A stretch of DNA of 63,958 nucleotides, filler included, from Welwitschia mirabilis (lineage: Eukaryota): assembly GCA_051453625.1 (NCBI GenBank). It is 7 parts of one record of this genome, joined end to end, with 100 filler letters (N's around TTAATTAATTAA, not from the genome) between each part and the next. Parts side by side here need not be neighbours in the genome. Positions count along the whole stretch, not along the records: positions 1 to 19,504 come from JBOZIK010000001.1; 6 more parts are not named here. The stretch is one strand, 5' to 3'. Under the pieces are notes generated by a model that saw only the letters and a list, made by a program, of their open reading frames with translations, did not search any database and was not told where the DNA came from. This document shows, piece by piece, positions 1 through 13,216 of this stretch. The stretch's first letter is position 1, and each line of letters starts with the position of its first letter. The position numbers were made by a program, and so were the translations under genes.

Positions 1-61
1 GATTGTCATATAAGCATGGAAAAGTGTTTCTAGGATTGACATAGTGATAGGTATGTTTTTG

Positions 62-322
62 CACTATAAGAAATATAGGCTTTTAAGGCGTTTATAAAAT
101 CACTTAAACCTTTTTAAGGTGTTTACTAACAAAACGCATTAAAAACACTACCTTAGGCTAAGTTTATAGGGCATTTGTATTAAAATGCCTTAAAAGACCA
201 TTTATGGCATTTGCATGATAAAAATATGAAAAGGCTTTTGAGACATTTTATCAAATAAACGCCTTAAAAGTCTAATGCCTTAAATTCCTTTTAAGGCATT
301 GTACCATATAAACGACTTAAAA
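62..322. repeat. CACTA left subterminal repeat array
   Basis: Many copies of TTTTAAGGC(G/A)TTT / AAA(C/T)GCCTTAAAA, direct and inverted. Confidence 0.9.
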
Positions 323-1599
323 ATTCAAAGAGCAACCATACCTACTCAAAACATATTCTAAAGTAAAACTATCATGTTTTTAAAGTTTTAAATGCTCATA
401 TTTTATTATCATATATAAGATTAAAAAAATAAAAAATAAAATACAATCATATAAGATAAAAACTCAACTTTTTATCCTAAAAATGTGAATAAAAAATAAA
501 ATAAACAATTTATTTATGCACATCTCCTTTGTTTGTCTAACATGTTTTCTGAAAACAAACTCTCTTCAGACATGTTTCTAATTAGTCATCACTACATTCT
601 AGGTTTTCCTGACTTTTCCTCCAATATTTCACAATTAAAAAAGAACATGTCTTATGAAATACTTAAAGATAAAACTGTGGATGACCATTTAAAGAAGTTA
701 ATATGTTAGCACCACCATTGCCATGAATAGATGGCTTACTAAGAAATAAATTTTGCAAAATAAAAAATGAGGATGATACTATTTACAAATAAACGACATC
801 TTACTTAACCTTTGCAGAAGATAGATGGTTATTGGTACACATTCAAATACAACATAGGACCAAGAAAAGAAAATATTTTGACCATGTGCTCCTTTTCACA
901 TGACATATCTAGCATAATCTACCAAGAAAATTCCAAAAGAAATGCTTCACACTGTAGACCAGCTAACAAGATAATGAAATGCTAGCCCATATAAAGACTA
1001 TAAACGGATTTTGATTTATTATAAACTTATTCCATGATATAAATTATGCAATCAGATAATATACAAAGACACTGATATAGCTCACACTTCTTCACTTTGT
1101 AATGAAATACTTTATGTAACTAATTTTATAACATGTACTTTTACTGGATTTTACTCTTCTGAGGTAAAAGTTCTTTTCATCTTCCTCAAAGTTCTACATT
1201 AATTACCATATGCTATATAATAGTATACATTTCAGATATTTGTATACCTTCTTAAAGTATGGTCTTCCTATAGTAAGATTATGATACCCATAGATACCTC
1301 TATCTAGTTAGAATACTAACCAATCCTGCTTTGGTATCACCTTAGAATAATTGACAATGTGGTACAATAGGTTTTGTACTTAGGATTATGTGTATGGACA
1401 TTAAGGATAATTGGATAGTATGTAGAGATCTATTGTATGAATATAATTGGATATTGTATAGATATTTGTTTTCAAATAGATAGAAGAATGTTTCTAGAAT
1501 GTGTTAATGAAGAATAACATTATTGTTTTTGGAGGTGATGTGGTAGCTGAATCATTATCTTACAAAAATCAACAATTTTCTAAAAGGTTAACTTCTAAG

Positions 1600-1758
1600 A
1601 TAGTAGTGTCTTCTGTAGTGATGAGATTCCAAGTTATGATACCAAATTTTCCTAATGAATGTAAATTAGATGCTCTTAAGAAAGCCCTATCTTTTTGTGG
1701 AAAAATCTCAAACATTTCAATAAGATAATGCAATTCAACTATTTATATTGACTTTGAG
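1600..1758 (+). pseudogene. Possible captured exon, RRM-like fragment
   Basis: Reads ...IPNFPNECKLDALKKALSFCGKISNISIR*CNSTIYIDFE then GT at 1759. Resembles RRM RNP2/RNP1 spacing; not firmly identified. Confidence 0.3.
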
Positions 1759-1839
1759 GTACAAAACTGCTATTGCATTCTAATTTAATAATCTGATGCT
1801 AAACTTTTGTTCATATGTAACATTAATTATGATATGTAA

Positions 1840-1998
1840 TTTATAGACTGAATAGGCAAAGGATAAGGCCCTTGTAGACCCTTGAATCTCAATGGATGGA
1901 AAGCAACTACAGATCACTACAATAGATCCTCCAAGAACTCCAGCAGTAAGGATATCAAATTTAAACCCAATGACCCCTATTAAAATAATTTTTAGCAT
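1840..1998 (-). pseudogene. Exon-like captured fragment, unidentified
   Basis: Acceptor cttacag| followed by 53 open codons (MLKIILIGVIGFKFDILTAGVLGGSIVVICSCFPSIEIQGSTRALSFAYSVYK). GC is higher than the flanks; the donor is degenerate. Confidence 0.35.
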
Positions 1999-3255
1999 CT
2001 GTAAGTTACTAAGATCTATGAAGAAGGTTAAATGAAGAGATCATAATATTGTGGATGTGCACTTTAAACAATGTGATACAGTTTGCATGTCTAGCATCAT
2101 AAACAAGTATAAATAGTTTAGTTATGAAGGCCTTGCTGCTATGCTCTATGGGCATCAACCACATGATTTTTTATCTTTTTNNNNNNNNNNNNNNNNNNNN
2201 NNNNNNNNNNNNNNNNNNNNNNNNNNNNNNNNNNNNNNNNNNNNNNNNNNNNNNNNNNNNNNNNNNNNNNNNNNNNNNNNATTCTTTCTCAGTCATGTGC
2301 TTGATTAGATTGTTGCCTTACGCTCTCCAGATTACGACATTCGTTGGTCAATTCACCTTATACTAAGCCTAATTGCAATTTCCTATTTATAGCATTGATT
2401 ACTTTTGAAAGTGTAAATTTAGGCCACCAACACTACACCATGTGAGATAGCATCTCACTAGGGTAATTGGTTAAACATATATTAACAAAGAGGAAATTAC
2501 TCATCTCTCATCTTAATGCTATGGGTTTGGATCCTTTGATTCATTAGGAATGGAGCAAAACAGCTTTTCTATCCTATAGTCTCCCATTAGCATATTAAAA
2601 AGCTAGTCTTACACATTAAAATTATTCAAAGTGATGTTTGAAATCACATGGTACTATCAATAGTTGTAGCTGATTGTTGATGATAAATTTTCTTATGCAT
2701 CTGTTTAATGACATGATGTGAAAAATCTACTCTTAATCTTAAATTATTTTATGATATTTATTTTAATCTTCATTGTTGGATATTTTATTTATTCATTAAT
2801 TTCTATCCTATTTTATTAAAGTAATGTGTTTATATTCTATTGGCATTAGTACATCCAACAAAGAATACTGTATTGGATTCTCCTATCATAACTTTCATCT
2901 ACAAATTGGGGATTTTATGAGAAAATTTATCTTTGATTGGTTATCCTCATCAATAGTTTATTTTTTCATTTCTTGGGAGTGCTGGTATTTTTCAAGGATC
3001 ATGGCTAATTGCAAGCATCACTGTAAGCATAAGTGCAAGAATAGCACTTTGCTAGGGATAAAATACTTACTATAGGTTTCTTCAACTATAAGCTATAAGG
3101 ACAACATGAGGTTTTTGAGTAGGTTACTTAGTTTACAAGAAATTAAAACTTTCACAACCTTTCAGAATTGAAAACATGCATATATAATCAAAGTACACTT
3201 TACCCAGAGTAGCATCTAAAGGAGCATATTATTTTGGAATTAAAAATACACATAC

Positions 3256-3602
<347 letters not shown>

Positions 3603-5158
3603 CTATGAAAATTCAATAAAATTAAGTTAATACAAGTAGTTTAAAAAAAAAAAGTGCTAACTCATCATTTATCAAGTACATTATTTTAAATATGATGTGG
3701 TGATGCCATTGTTAAACCATGGCTTAATCAGGGACAATACATTCTTATACAGCTTATCCCAATAACCATCTAATCTACCTATATAGTTTTCTTTTGATTT
3801 TCCAATGAGAACAATATCATGTTATTTCTACATTAGGCTATCTACCATTAGTATCTTTCACACATGGTACTTATCACATATCAGCAATGCGATGTTTAAA
3901 ACCATACATGTAGAAGTTATAAACAATCCCTAGAGATGTGGTTACAATCTATAAAATTTAATGGATAATTAGTGTTAGGACTGAAATAAACATTCTAAAA
4001 CAAAATTTAGTTGCAATATCATCAGGAAAAATCCAAAATGTGGAGGGAAGAAAATAAGTACTAGAAAATGTAGCCAAAGAAGAGTAGAAATTTAATTGTT
4101 TGACCTCTTTCTGACCTATTATGCCCCATTCTTCATAGGAAAGTAGTGCAAGGCTCTTTTCTTCAATAATAATAGAAGTAAACCAACATGATCTAAAATG
4201 TTCAAGACTAAAGTTTTCCTCTAAACTTCCAATGTTGTTTTTCTCTTTCTTCAATAATACATAAGTGTAAGCCAATATGCCTAAAACCATCCAAGCTAAG
4301 GCTTCCCTTAAATAGTTAACCTCACATGTTGTTTGTTTTTCATTTTTCTCATATTATCACAAAAAGACCATTCAACCTTTATATAGACAAGGGGAAAAAA
4401 CCCAAAATATAAGAGAAGCCTTAAACTAACTTTTCAATTAGTAACTTTACCCATAGAGTGACTATATACTTTTTAACCATTTTTACATTACATACATATG
4501 TGAGAATAAATACAATTGGATTTGGCTTCCAACAAAATAAGATTGCATATTGGATAACATTAGACCTAAAGAGAATAATATAAAATGTAGTATTTTAGCC
4601 AATAGCACAAATGAGAACAATTTCAAAAGGATGGAACAAGAAAATCTATTAATGTGATTTTAAATTAAAATATCTTTGTATATCATAAAGTAACATAAAT
4701 CATTCTTTTCTATGTAACTCAAAGTAAGACATAACAAAACAAGAGAGAAGATCAAACTTAACTATTTACATGTATAAATGTTAAAAATACATCCAAAGAA
4801 TAAAAAATATGTTGTAGTTTCTTAAAATAATAAAGAAAAACATTGCAAAGAGTACTTTCTTTTACAAAAATGGTTTTCAACTCTACAGAATACATGTCTA
4901 CTATAAGACAATAACCATCATAAAACAATGCTACTAAGAGTTAGGGTCAATATGAAACTACAACAACCAATCATAAAAAATGAAATAAACATGCACATGC
5001 ATGGATAATGACTTATGCATTAGACAATTCATCTGATACATCTCACATAAAAAGAGTTAAAAAGAAAAGAAAAAACAAACAGAGATTGAAAGAAAAAGGG
5101 GAAAAGATTCAAATAAAGCACATGCTAAAGTCAATAATAAGTATAAATTCAAATGTAA

Positions 5159-5266
5159 TTTCAGTGCCAATTCAAGGTCTTCTCTCATATGTAATGCAGA
5201 AACACAAATGCATGCTCTTGATAATAATAGTGGAGTAGGTGGAAAAGCAACTGTCACTACTACAAT
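5159..5266 (-). pseudogene. LCB2: Serine palmitoyltransferase subunit LCB2 exon fragment
   Basis: After tcttatag|: IVVVTVAFPPTPLLLSRACICVSALHMREDLELALK, versus LCB2 C-terminal [36 protein letters not shown]. Donor degenerate; neighbouring exons not found. Confidence 0.9.
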
Positions 5267-6100
5267 CTATAAGAAAGAATAAAGCATGAGGTACAATAAT
5301 CATTAGGAAATAATGAAATAATACATAGGAAAATACTACAAGTAAAAATAAGAAATAGGCTATCGGATTATTATGTAAGCATAAAATTAAACATAAGAGT
5401 ACTTAAGCAGTAAATAATTTATCTTTCCATACAAAATACTTTTGCTTTTGAGTTATTAAGATGTAGTTATATGGTGATGCATTAGAATTTTAATAACATG
5501 AACATAGTGAATGATGTTATGTTCCTTATAGTATTAGAGGATTTGACAGCAAATTTTTCCTTAAATTTTAGTTCCTCTTAGCCTATTTTCAAATTATAAC
5601 ATCCTCTTTTCTTATAATCTAGCATTCTTAAAATAGAGAAAGAATGCTAACTCATCATTTTTATGATGCTTAGATCATGCATAATCCTTTGTGATGCTGT
5701 TGTACCTTTTCTTGCATCTGCAGCTTATCTGAGAAATTTTATCAATAATATTTTTTTGAGTTTCTACTATTTTGTGTTATATTTTAAACATATTCAGTTC
5801 TTTAGTTTAATTTCCTAGTACTTAGACACCATAAAATCCTAGATATCCCTAAAATATCAAGAAATGTCATCTATATCCTATCTAAAAACCTAACCATCAT
5901 TAATCACACACATATAGGAATGTTAGATTAGGCTTTCATATTCTTGTATGAGGTGAATTTTGTCCTCGTTTACACTTCACTGAGATACCTCCATTCCATG
6001 ACTGCTCTTATTACACCAAGGTGATATTCAACTTGCATGATATTACTAGTTTATGCATACTGATCTTCCACTTGTTACCCAAGATTATGACATTCTGTAT

Positions 6101-6420
6101 GATGATAACATCCTTTTGATCTTGGATTTCTTGGCATACTGCTTATGAATTCCAAGATAGAGGTCTTACAAATGGTCCTATCTCTGTTGAAAGTACCTAA
6201 CTATTTTACTAATTATTTGTATAAAATTTAAAGTTTTGATTCTTGCTTATTTCTAGCTACCTAAGATGGTAACATTCCTTCTAATCTTGGTTATCTAGCA
6301 TTACCATCAGGAATTCCAAGACAGAGGTCTTCCAGATATTCTTGTCTCTATTGAAAGTGCCTAACTCTTATACTAATTGTTCATAGAGAATTTAAAGTTT
6401 TGATTCTTGATTCTTTCTAA
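6101..6420. repeat. Diverged ~164-bp tandem duplication
   Basis: Units start GATGATAACA (6101) and GATGGTAACA (6265). They share GAATTCCAAGAYAGAGGTCTT, TTGAAAGTRCCTAACT and AATTTAAAGTTTTGATTCTTG. Confidence 0.8.
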
Positions 6421-7387
6421 TTTGTAACTGTGTTATACAGCTCTAAATTCCTTNNNNNNNNNNNNNNNNNNNNNNNNNNNNNNNNNNNNNNNNNNNNNNN
6501 NNNNNNNNNNNNNNNNNNNNNNNNNNNNNNNNNNNNNNNNNNNNNNNNNNNNNNNNNNNNNNNNNNNNNNNNNNNNNNNNNNNNNNNNNNNNNNNNNNNN
6601 NNNNNNNNNNNNNNNNNNNNNNNNNNNNNNNNNNNNNNNNNNNNNNNNNNNNNNNNNNNNNNNNNNNNNNNNNNNNNNNNNNNNNNNNNNNNNNNNNNNN
6701 NNNNNNNNNNNNNNNNNNNNNNNNNNNNNNNNNNNNNNNNNNNNNNNNNNNNNNNNNNNNNNNNNNNNNNNNNNNNNNNNNNNNNNNNNNNNNNNNNNNN
6801 NNNNNNNNNNNNNNNNNNNNNNNNNNNNNNNNNNNNNNNNNNNNNNNNNNNNNNNNNNNNNNNNNNNNNNNNNNNNNNNNNNNNNNNNNNNNNNNNNNNN
6901 NNNNNNNNNNNNNNNNNNNNNNNNNNNNNNNNNNNNNNNNNNNNNNNNNNNNNNNNNNNNNNNNNNNNNNNNNNNNNNNNNNNNNNNNNNNNNNNNNNNN
7001 NNNNNNNNNNNNNNNNNNNNNNNNNNNNNNNNNNNNNNNNNNNNNNNNNNNNNNNNNNNNNNNNNNNNNNNNNNNNNNNNNNNNNNNNNNNNNNNNNNNN
7101 NNNNNNNNNNNNNNNNNNNNNNNNNNNCCTTGTGATTTGTTCTTCTTATGTAAAAGTTATGATCTTATAATGCATACTGCATTTTTTTATTTTAGTTTCT
7201 AGTAAGTAATGATTATTTTAGTGAATTTTCTAGTTTGTTAACTATTATTCAGAAATATATCTTCAGTCACTGAATCCTATAGTGCAATGTCTCCCTAAAA
7301 TTATTGTTACTATAAATCATTGAATGATTACATTGTGACAGTGAGAAAGCAAATGCTAATAACGAAAAAAACTCCTTAAAATGAAAC

Positions 7388-7474
7388 CTAGTTTATAATG
7401 GCCTACAAATAATTTTGCCCAATGACAAAGTTCATCGAATCCAAGTAATGATGCTCGAACTAATTCACATCAGC
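7388..7474 (-). pseudogene. Exon-like captured fragment (87 bp), unidentified
   Basis: Bounded by tttttag| and |gtttc. One frame reads *CELVRASLLGFDELCHWAKLFVGHYKL. Confidence 0.35.
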
Positions 7475-7691
7475 CTAAAAATAATCATTCATTTCTATAA
7501 AAGTAAAATCAAAGTAACTCTAAACTCTTCAACAAGTAATGTATGTAGATAAATAAACATGATTATACATAATAAGTGTAGTAAGGAATAAATTTAATGA
7601 AACAAGAAAATATCTTTTAAACATTATACTATGGTGAATTTTGTATTAGAAAAAATACCTCTTCTTTTCTAAGCATGACCCAAAAACTTAC

Positions 7692-7864
7692 TAAACTGTG
7701 TAATGTGCAAAACAGGCTTGATCAACTCCTTTGTAAATTATTGGATCTTCTTTATAGCCTAACACTCTGAGACAAGAGCCTCCTCATACGTTAAATTTGT
7801 TTTTCTAGTAACTTCACATATCCATACTCTCTACAGATAAAGATTTATTTGATTTAAATATTCT
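7692..7864 (-). pseudogene. WAC (WSTF/Acf1/Cbp146) domain exon of a DDT/WAC chromatin protein
   Basis: aaatag| EYLNQINLYL*RVWICEVTRKTNLTYEEALVSEC*AIKKIQ*FTKELIKPVLHITQF |gtaagt. Matches the WAC consensus (YRQRVWTCxVTGKxNLTYEEALVSE); three in-frame stops. Confidence 0.9.
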
Positions 7865-8935
7865 CTATTTCAAAGTTAAGATAGAAAACATAGATGTATA
7901 AATTCATGAAAGAAGAATGTAATAGTCTTCCTACAAACTTACATTTAAATTATACTATGAAGATAACTTTGTATGAGAAATAAAATGTATCTCATACAAA
8001 AGCTTAAAATTATATAAATAGACTCCATCTTTTCATGCTTCTAAAGAATTGAAGTTTAAAGATTCTGCTAAGAACTAACACTATAACATGTTGTTAGAAC
8101 ATAATAAAAGTATAGAAATAGTTATAACTAAGGACAAGATATAATAAGCATGTCTTAAAAGGATACTTGTATCTTAAAAAAATTATTTGATAAACCAATT
8201 TTGAAAAAAAGATAGAGATTACTTGTTAATTCCATTTGGTCTGTGTACTTTGTCACTTAAATCCTTCTTGTCAACTTATCTCCTTGATTTCATGCAGTTA
8301 GAGTTTGGACATCAGAGGCCATCAAATTAAGAAAGGGCATCTTCATTTCTCATTTCAACTACCATTGGCTAATAAAACACCAAGAACATGACATAAAACT
8401 TCAACACTAAGAGATTACTATAGGAAAAGGAAAGAAAATAAATTAACTAATATTCGTCTTTTTTAATTGGTAGTAAAGTGGAAAATCTAAGAGGGAAAAG
8501 ATAAGGGCCATAAGCGGTTGAGATTATATCAAGGAAAATAACATAAAAATAATAAAGAAGAAATAGTGAGAAACTTTCCCAAACCATTTTAGCAAGCTTA
8601 GATAATACATAATATTGCAGAAGTTCTTTAAAATACAATTTTGTGTATATTGCATTAGTTGATGATCAACATATAAGAAAGATGATTCTTGCCTTTGGTC
8701 AAATAATCCTTGTGCCTCTCCTTCTGTTTGCTATTAGCATCTTTCAGAAGCTTTACCCACAGAGACAACGAGCCCCTGCACTAGTTTCTCAGTGCCTGTG
8801 AAGGCTCTTTTTTCTTATGAGCTCATAGCCTCTTGATTGCTACCATATGATTATTCTTCTCGTTGTTTCTTGTAGCCCTGCACGTGGTTTTTCTTGAAGT
8901 TAGTGTCCTCCTCGTGGTTCTACTCAATTTCCCGC

Positions 8936-9048
8936 TTGTGCTATGTTTTGGTGCAATTGTTGCCTGCGCTGTGTTTTCATGCTTATGCTATGTTTTTGTG
9001 CAATTGCCGCTTGCGCTATGTTTTCATGCCTGTGCTATGTTTTTGGCT
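8936..9048. repeat. 47-bp tandem repeat (~2.4 copies)
   Basis: Units at 8936, 8983 and 9030: TTGTGCTATGTTTTGGTGCAATTGTTGCCTGCGCTGTGTTTTCATGC. Confidence 0.85.
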
Positions 9049-9079
9049 TTTAGCAACACATGGCTATTTTAATATTATT

Positions 9080-9245
9080 TAGGCTTTGCTTTTAAGGCGT
9101 TTTGCTAGTTAAGTGCCTTAAAAGATCAATCAAAAAAATGCCTTAAAAAGATCACATTACTTTTAAGGCATTTATTTGATTAAAAAGGTTGTAATTAAGG
9201 CATTTGTTTAAATAAATGCCTTAAAAACCTCCATTTCTTATATTA
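9080..9245. repeat. CACTA right subterminal repeat array and degenerate TIR
   Basis: TTTTAAGGCGTTT, TGCCTTAAAAGATCA x2, AAATGCCTTAAAAA, ending ATTTCTTATATTA. Confidence 0.85.
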
Positions 9246-9521
9246 TTAGTCTGTTTAAGTACATTATTTTATATTTATTTTTAATAATTATTAAAAGAAG
9301 GAGAAAGAATATTCCTTTTATTTAGATAGAAAAGAATAGAATAGATTATTTCCTTTATCTAAATTATTATTATTATGGTCTTGGAAAAAAATTGCTTATA
9401 TGCTTGCTTTCTTTTTATNNNNNNNNNNNNNNNNNNNNNNNNNNNNNNNNNNNNNNNNNNNNNNNNNNNNNNNNNNNNNNNNAAATATCCATATTAGTTA
9501 GAATTATTTTTATACATTTGT

Positions 9522-9777
9522 ATCATGTATTCATTGAACAGGACTAAATCAAGATAATTCTAATAATGTTCATCCTCGTAATTGGATTTCATTACTAAGG
9601 TGGGTTGCATCACATTTTTTTTATAATACCCTTCTAAAAGTGGATTTAATCACCACTCTCCTATCCTAACTATGTATGAACTTACTTTAACTTAATATCT
9701 CGAGCCCTTAACATTGATGAATCATGATGAACCATCTCGAGATGCTTCAAGAAAGTAGGGATTATTTGTAAGTATGC
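9522..9777. repeat. Direct repeat copy 1 (partner 11092-11338), probably retroelement-derived
   Basis: Colinear from GTATTCATTGAAYAGGACTAAATCAAGATAATTCTA to GGGATTATTTGTAAGYATGC, with many substitutions. Confidence 0.8.
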
Positions 9778-9877
9778 NNNNNNNNNNNNNNNNNNNNNNN
9801 NNNNNNNNNNNNNNNNNNNNNNNNNNNNNNNNNNNNNNNNNNNNNNNNNNNNNNNNNNNNNNNNNNNNNNNNNNNNN

Positions 9878-10228
9878 AAGTATTTACTAAATTTGGCATG
9901 GTAGTACTCCGGCGCTTTGATAGGCTTCAAATTTGGATTGATATACTAGAGCTTTGTAATGTGATTTGATTAGAGTCCAGGTAAATGACTCTCTGGATGC
10001 ATTCAGGAAGGATCTCTGTGAGACAGCTGTGAGCATAGTTCAGGGATTTTCTATCGTTATGAGAATAGATTTAGAAATAAGATTCTTAACCCTGCTTTCT
10101 TTGAAGGAATTTGCGCTGAATCGCAGATACGAGAATGTCTATTTCACAACCGTTTCTAGCAAAGAGAGGTCTTGCTCTGCAATTATGAAATGGAAGAAAG
10201 CATTCTCTAGACACAAAGCATGCTGCAT
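9878..10228 (-). pseudogene. GATL: Galacturonosyltransferase-like (GATL, GT8) gene fragment
   Basis: MQHALCLENAFFHFIIAE...ETVVK*TFSYLRF...RVKNLISKSI...ENP/NYAHSCLTEILPECIQRVIYLDSN.../IKAPEYYHAKFSKY. Matches GATL motifs HSSCPENVFFHF, PLNYARNYL, RVIYLDSD and IGAPEYCHANFTKYF; one stop and frameshifts. Confidence 0.9.
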
Positions 10229-11091
10229 TTTATAGAGTTATGATCCTATTTTGTAATATTAACATCTTTAGGGCCTGGTACCCAAGCTGAAAAGTGATTC
10301 CTCTATTTTGAAAATATTGAAGCAAGAGACCTAGGTAGCATCTTTGGCATGCCCTTATGCAGATGCAACAAGAAACAAAAAATAGACTGATAATGTTACC
10401 TGGAACTAAATGACTAAAAGCACAGTGCACCTCGCTCGTTCTCCAAAGTTAACTCAAGAGTTGAGGAAGATCTATATTCCAAAATCAATCTCCAATCTGG
10501 ACAATGAACATGAAGCTAACACAAGTGTATCATAGCTCTCTCAAGAATGGCAAAAATGTCCTGGAAGCCCTAACAAATGAGATGCAACCATTTGATAGTC
10601 TATTTGGCAAACAAAAAACTTCAAAGCTTCTTCTGCAAATCAGAGATGAATTGTTTGCATTCACTGGCTCTTATCAAGCGTTGGCATTTTTGTGTGAGAG
10701 AGAGCTGGATTGTCCCATCAAAAAAAAAAAACCTAAGCAGGATCGCGATTGAATTGGCTATGTCCTTTACCCTGACTTGCAAAGGACTACTGTTTGAACA
10801 TGGCCTTATGTTTTTTGCTATTACTTTTTTTTTTTTGAGGATGCCATCTTAAGGGTATTATGTGTGGTATTAATCACTTGATTTCTATTTTATTGGAGTT
10901 CAAACAAATACATGATATTGCAAGAGTTCGTTTATGCCAGAAAACAGTTTCACTCCATAATTGACAAGTTATCAATAAAAAATATTATGAACATTAATAT
11001 CCTCATGAATTTGTATATCATTGAATTTAGCAAAAATAAGAGAGAGATCCATGTCAAGTCTTTGTGCCCTTGATGGCAATATCAATTTTTC

Positions 11092-11338
11092 ATCAGTATT
11101 CATTGAATAGGACTAAATCAAGATAATTCTATTCATCCCCATACTTGGATTTCATCACCAAGGTGGGTTGTATCATATTTTTGATAATACCCTTCTAGAA
11201 GTGAATTTTATCACCACTTTTCTGGCCTACCCATGTGGGAAGTTACTTTAACTTGATATCTTAAGCCCTTAGCATCGATGGATCATCTTGCGCCATCCAA
11301 AGATGCTTCAAGGAAGTGGGGATTATTTGTAAGCATGC
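11092..11338. repeat. Direct repeat copy 2 (partner 9522-9777)
   Basis: Same block as 9522-9777. Confidence 0.8.
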
Positions 11339-13216
11339 ATCTATCTCACGTACCACCTGTCATCTATATTGGGGCTTTAGATTCTAAACTATAAAAACAT
11401 GATTGACTCAACTATATAGGATTTTACTTAACCTTAATAAAAGCATATGGGTTAAATCCAATCACGTTTGTATAGTTTAGATCTTAGAGTAAAATCAACT
11501 CACATTTAGAGGATGGCTTAATATCAAGTTAGCATGCCATTAATTGGAGTTACAACCTTTTATTATATTGATTAGGTATTATCCTTAAAATTTATCCATA
11601 TATGTTTACATATCATTAACTATTCATAAGATATCTTTTATGTAATGAAAAAAACTAGGAAGAAATTGAGAACACAAACTTATGAAATTGGTATTGGTTG
11701 TAAAATTAAATAACCTAAAAATCAATTATAGATAAATATATGATTTGAATATGATCTGTCTTTCTTAGAATATAGAAATTTTGATTAAGGAGTAAGTAGG
11801 ATCTGGTCCTACATTTTAATATATTTATCAGGTAAAAATATTAAAGAAGAATTTTTTTTTTAAAAAAGTGCTTAATTAGGGTAAGTTAAAGAAGGGTGTC
11901 ACATTATTATAGTAATAAAGTAATGACAACATGAATGAAAAATTCAATATAATTATTGGAATGTGATGCTAACCTTAATAGCTAACTCATCTATAAAGAA
12001 AAGGAACTTAGAAAATAGGAATATCTAGAGCTTCTATTAAATTCAAAGGTTGATTAAAAGTGTTATATGGTAAAAATGCCTCAAAATGAGGTCTAGTCAC
12101 ATACTTCTAATTCAAAACTTAGGGTTAGTATTTAGTAAAAGTTTTACAAACTAAGATCTAGGTTTATTAGTTTATGGATGATTTATCTTTGATGTATTAT
12201 TGAATCTATTTGGTTTAACACCCTTCTTCTAGTACTAAAATTGTTTTGAAATATTTTTGTAACTTAGGATACATGATCTTATTTTGTGTTAAAGTTGCTT
12301 TATTGGTTAATTATAGCTATGATTTGATGTGATAAGAGATAAGAAGCTAAGTACTTTTTATCTTAACAAGGCTTAAACTCTTATAAACTTAGAATAGAGC
12401 ATGGTATTTCATAATATTAATTTTACTTATAGAAATGCCTTCAATGCAATATCTCACCTTTCTTTTCTTTTTAAATTTTTTAACATATATTATAGAGAGA
12501 TTTTTATTATCTTCATTTTATTCTTCTTCTTCTTCTTTTTACTTTTTTTTAATTACCTAAAAATGGCTTACAGGTAAGGTCATGTTTAAAGTAATAAAAA
12601 TGAATGCTTTACAGGATGTGTATTTTTAAAGAACTTTGTTAGATCAAGTAAAATACCATTTAAAGTGGTGTAACATTACTTAGTAATTTTTGAAGAAAAA
12701 TTGTTTAGAAGAGGAAGTAAACATCTTCTTGTATCTCTTGATGTCACAAAACTTAGGGGTAATGTTCATGAATTGCTTCATCCTTTTTTTAAGAAAAATT
12801 ATTCAAACTTTATTTATGATGGAGATTGAGGGTAACAATACTAAAGTTATGACCTATTTGTGATACATAAAAATTCAGTACCATATAAACAATAAGATGG
12901 AAAAGAAGATTTTTTTTGAATGATGGTCTTATTGGTAAAATCTTGGTTTTTATGATTTCACTTGTTAAATATGATGTGTTTAATATGAACATATGATATT
13001 AAAGAACATCAAAGTTATAAATAGAGATTAAGCTAACTAGACCTTAAAGCTCAAAGTTCATAGGAAATATAGCTTAAAGTCCATGAAGGATAGATAAAAT
13101 TAACTAAATACATCTACAGATCTAGCAATGCCTATAATAAAGATATTTTCTATATTGAAGACATCTAGGTTGAATTTGTAGCTACTACAAATGAAAGACT
13201 TCTATCTTGATATAGA

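Noticed and set aside
62-322. CRISPR-like repeat/spacer look of the GCCTTAAAA arrays (also 31750-32124 and 49390-49630)
   Set aside because: Repeats are short, in both orientations and irregularly spaced, in eukaryotic TE context with no cas genes. The GCCTTAAAA arrays are CACTA subterminal repeats.
3958-4290. 110-aa ORF inside the Pack-CACTA
   Set aside because: No recognisable motif in any frame; cannot support a call
8863-9082. Hydrophobic, Cys-rich ORFs
   Set aside because: By-product of the T/G-rich 47-bp tandem repeat
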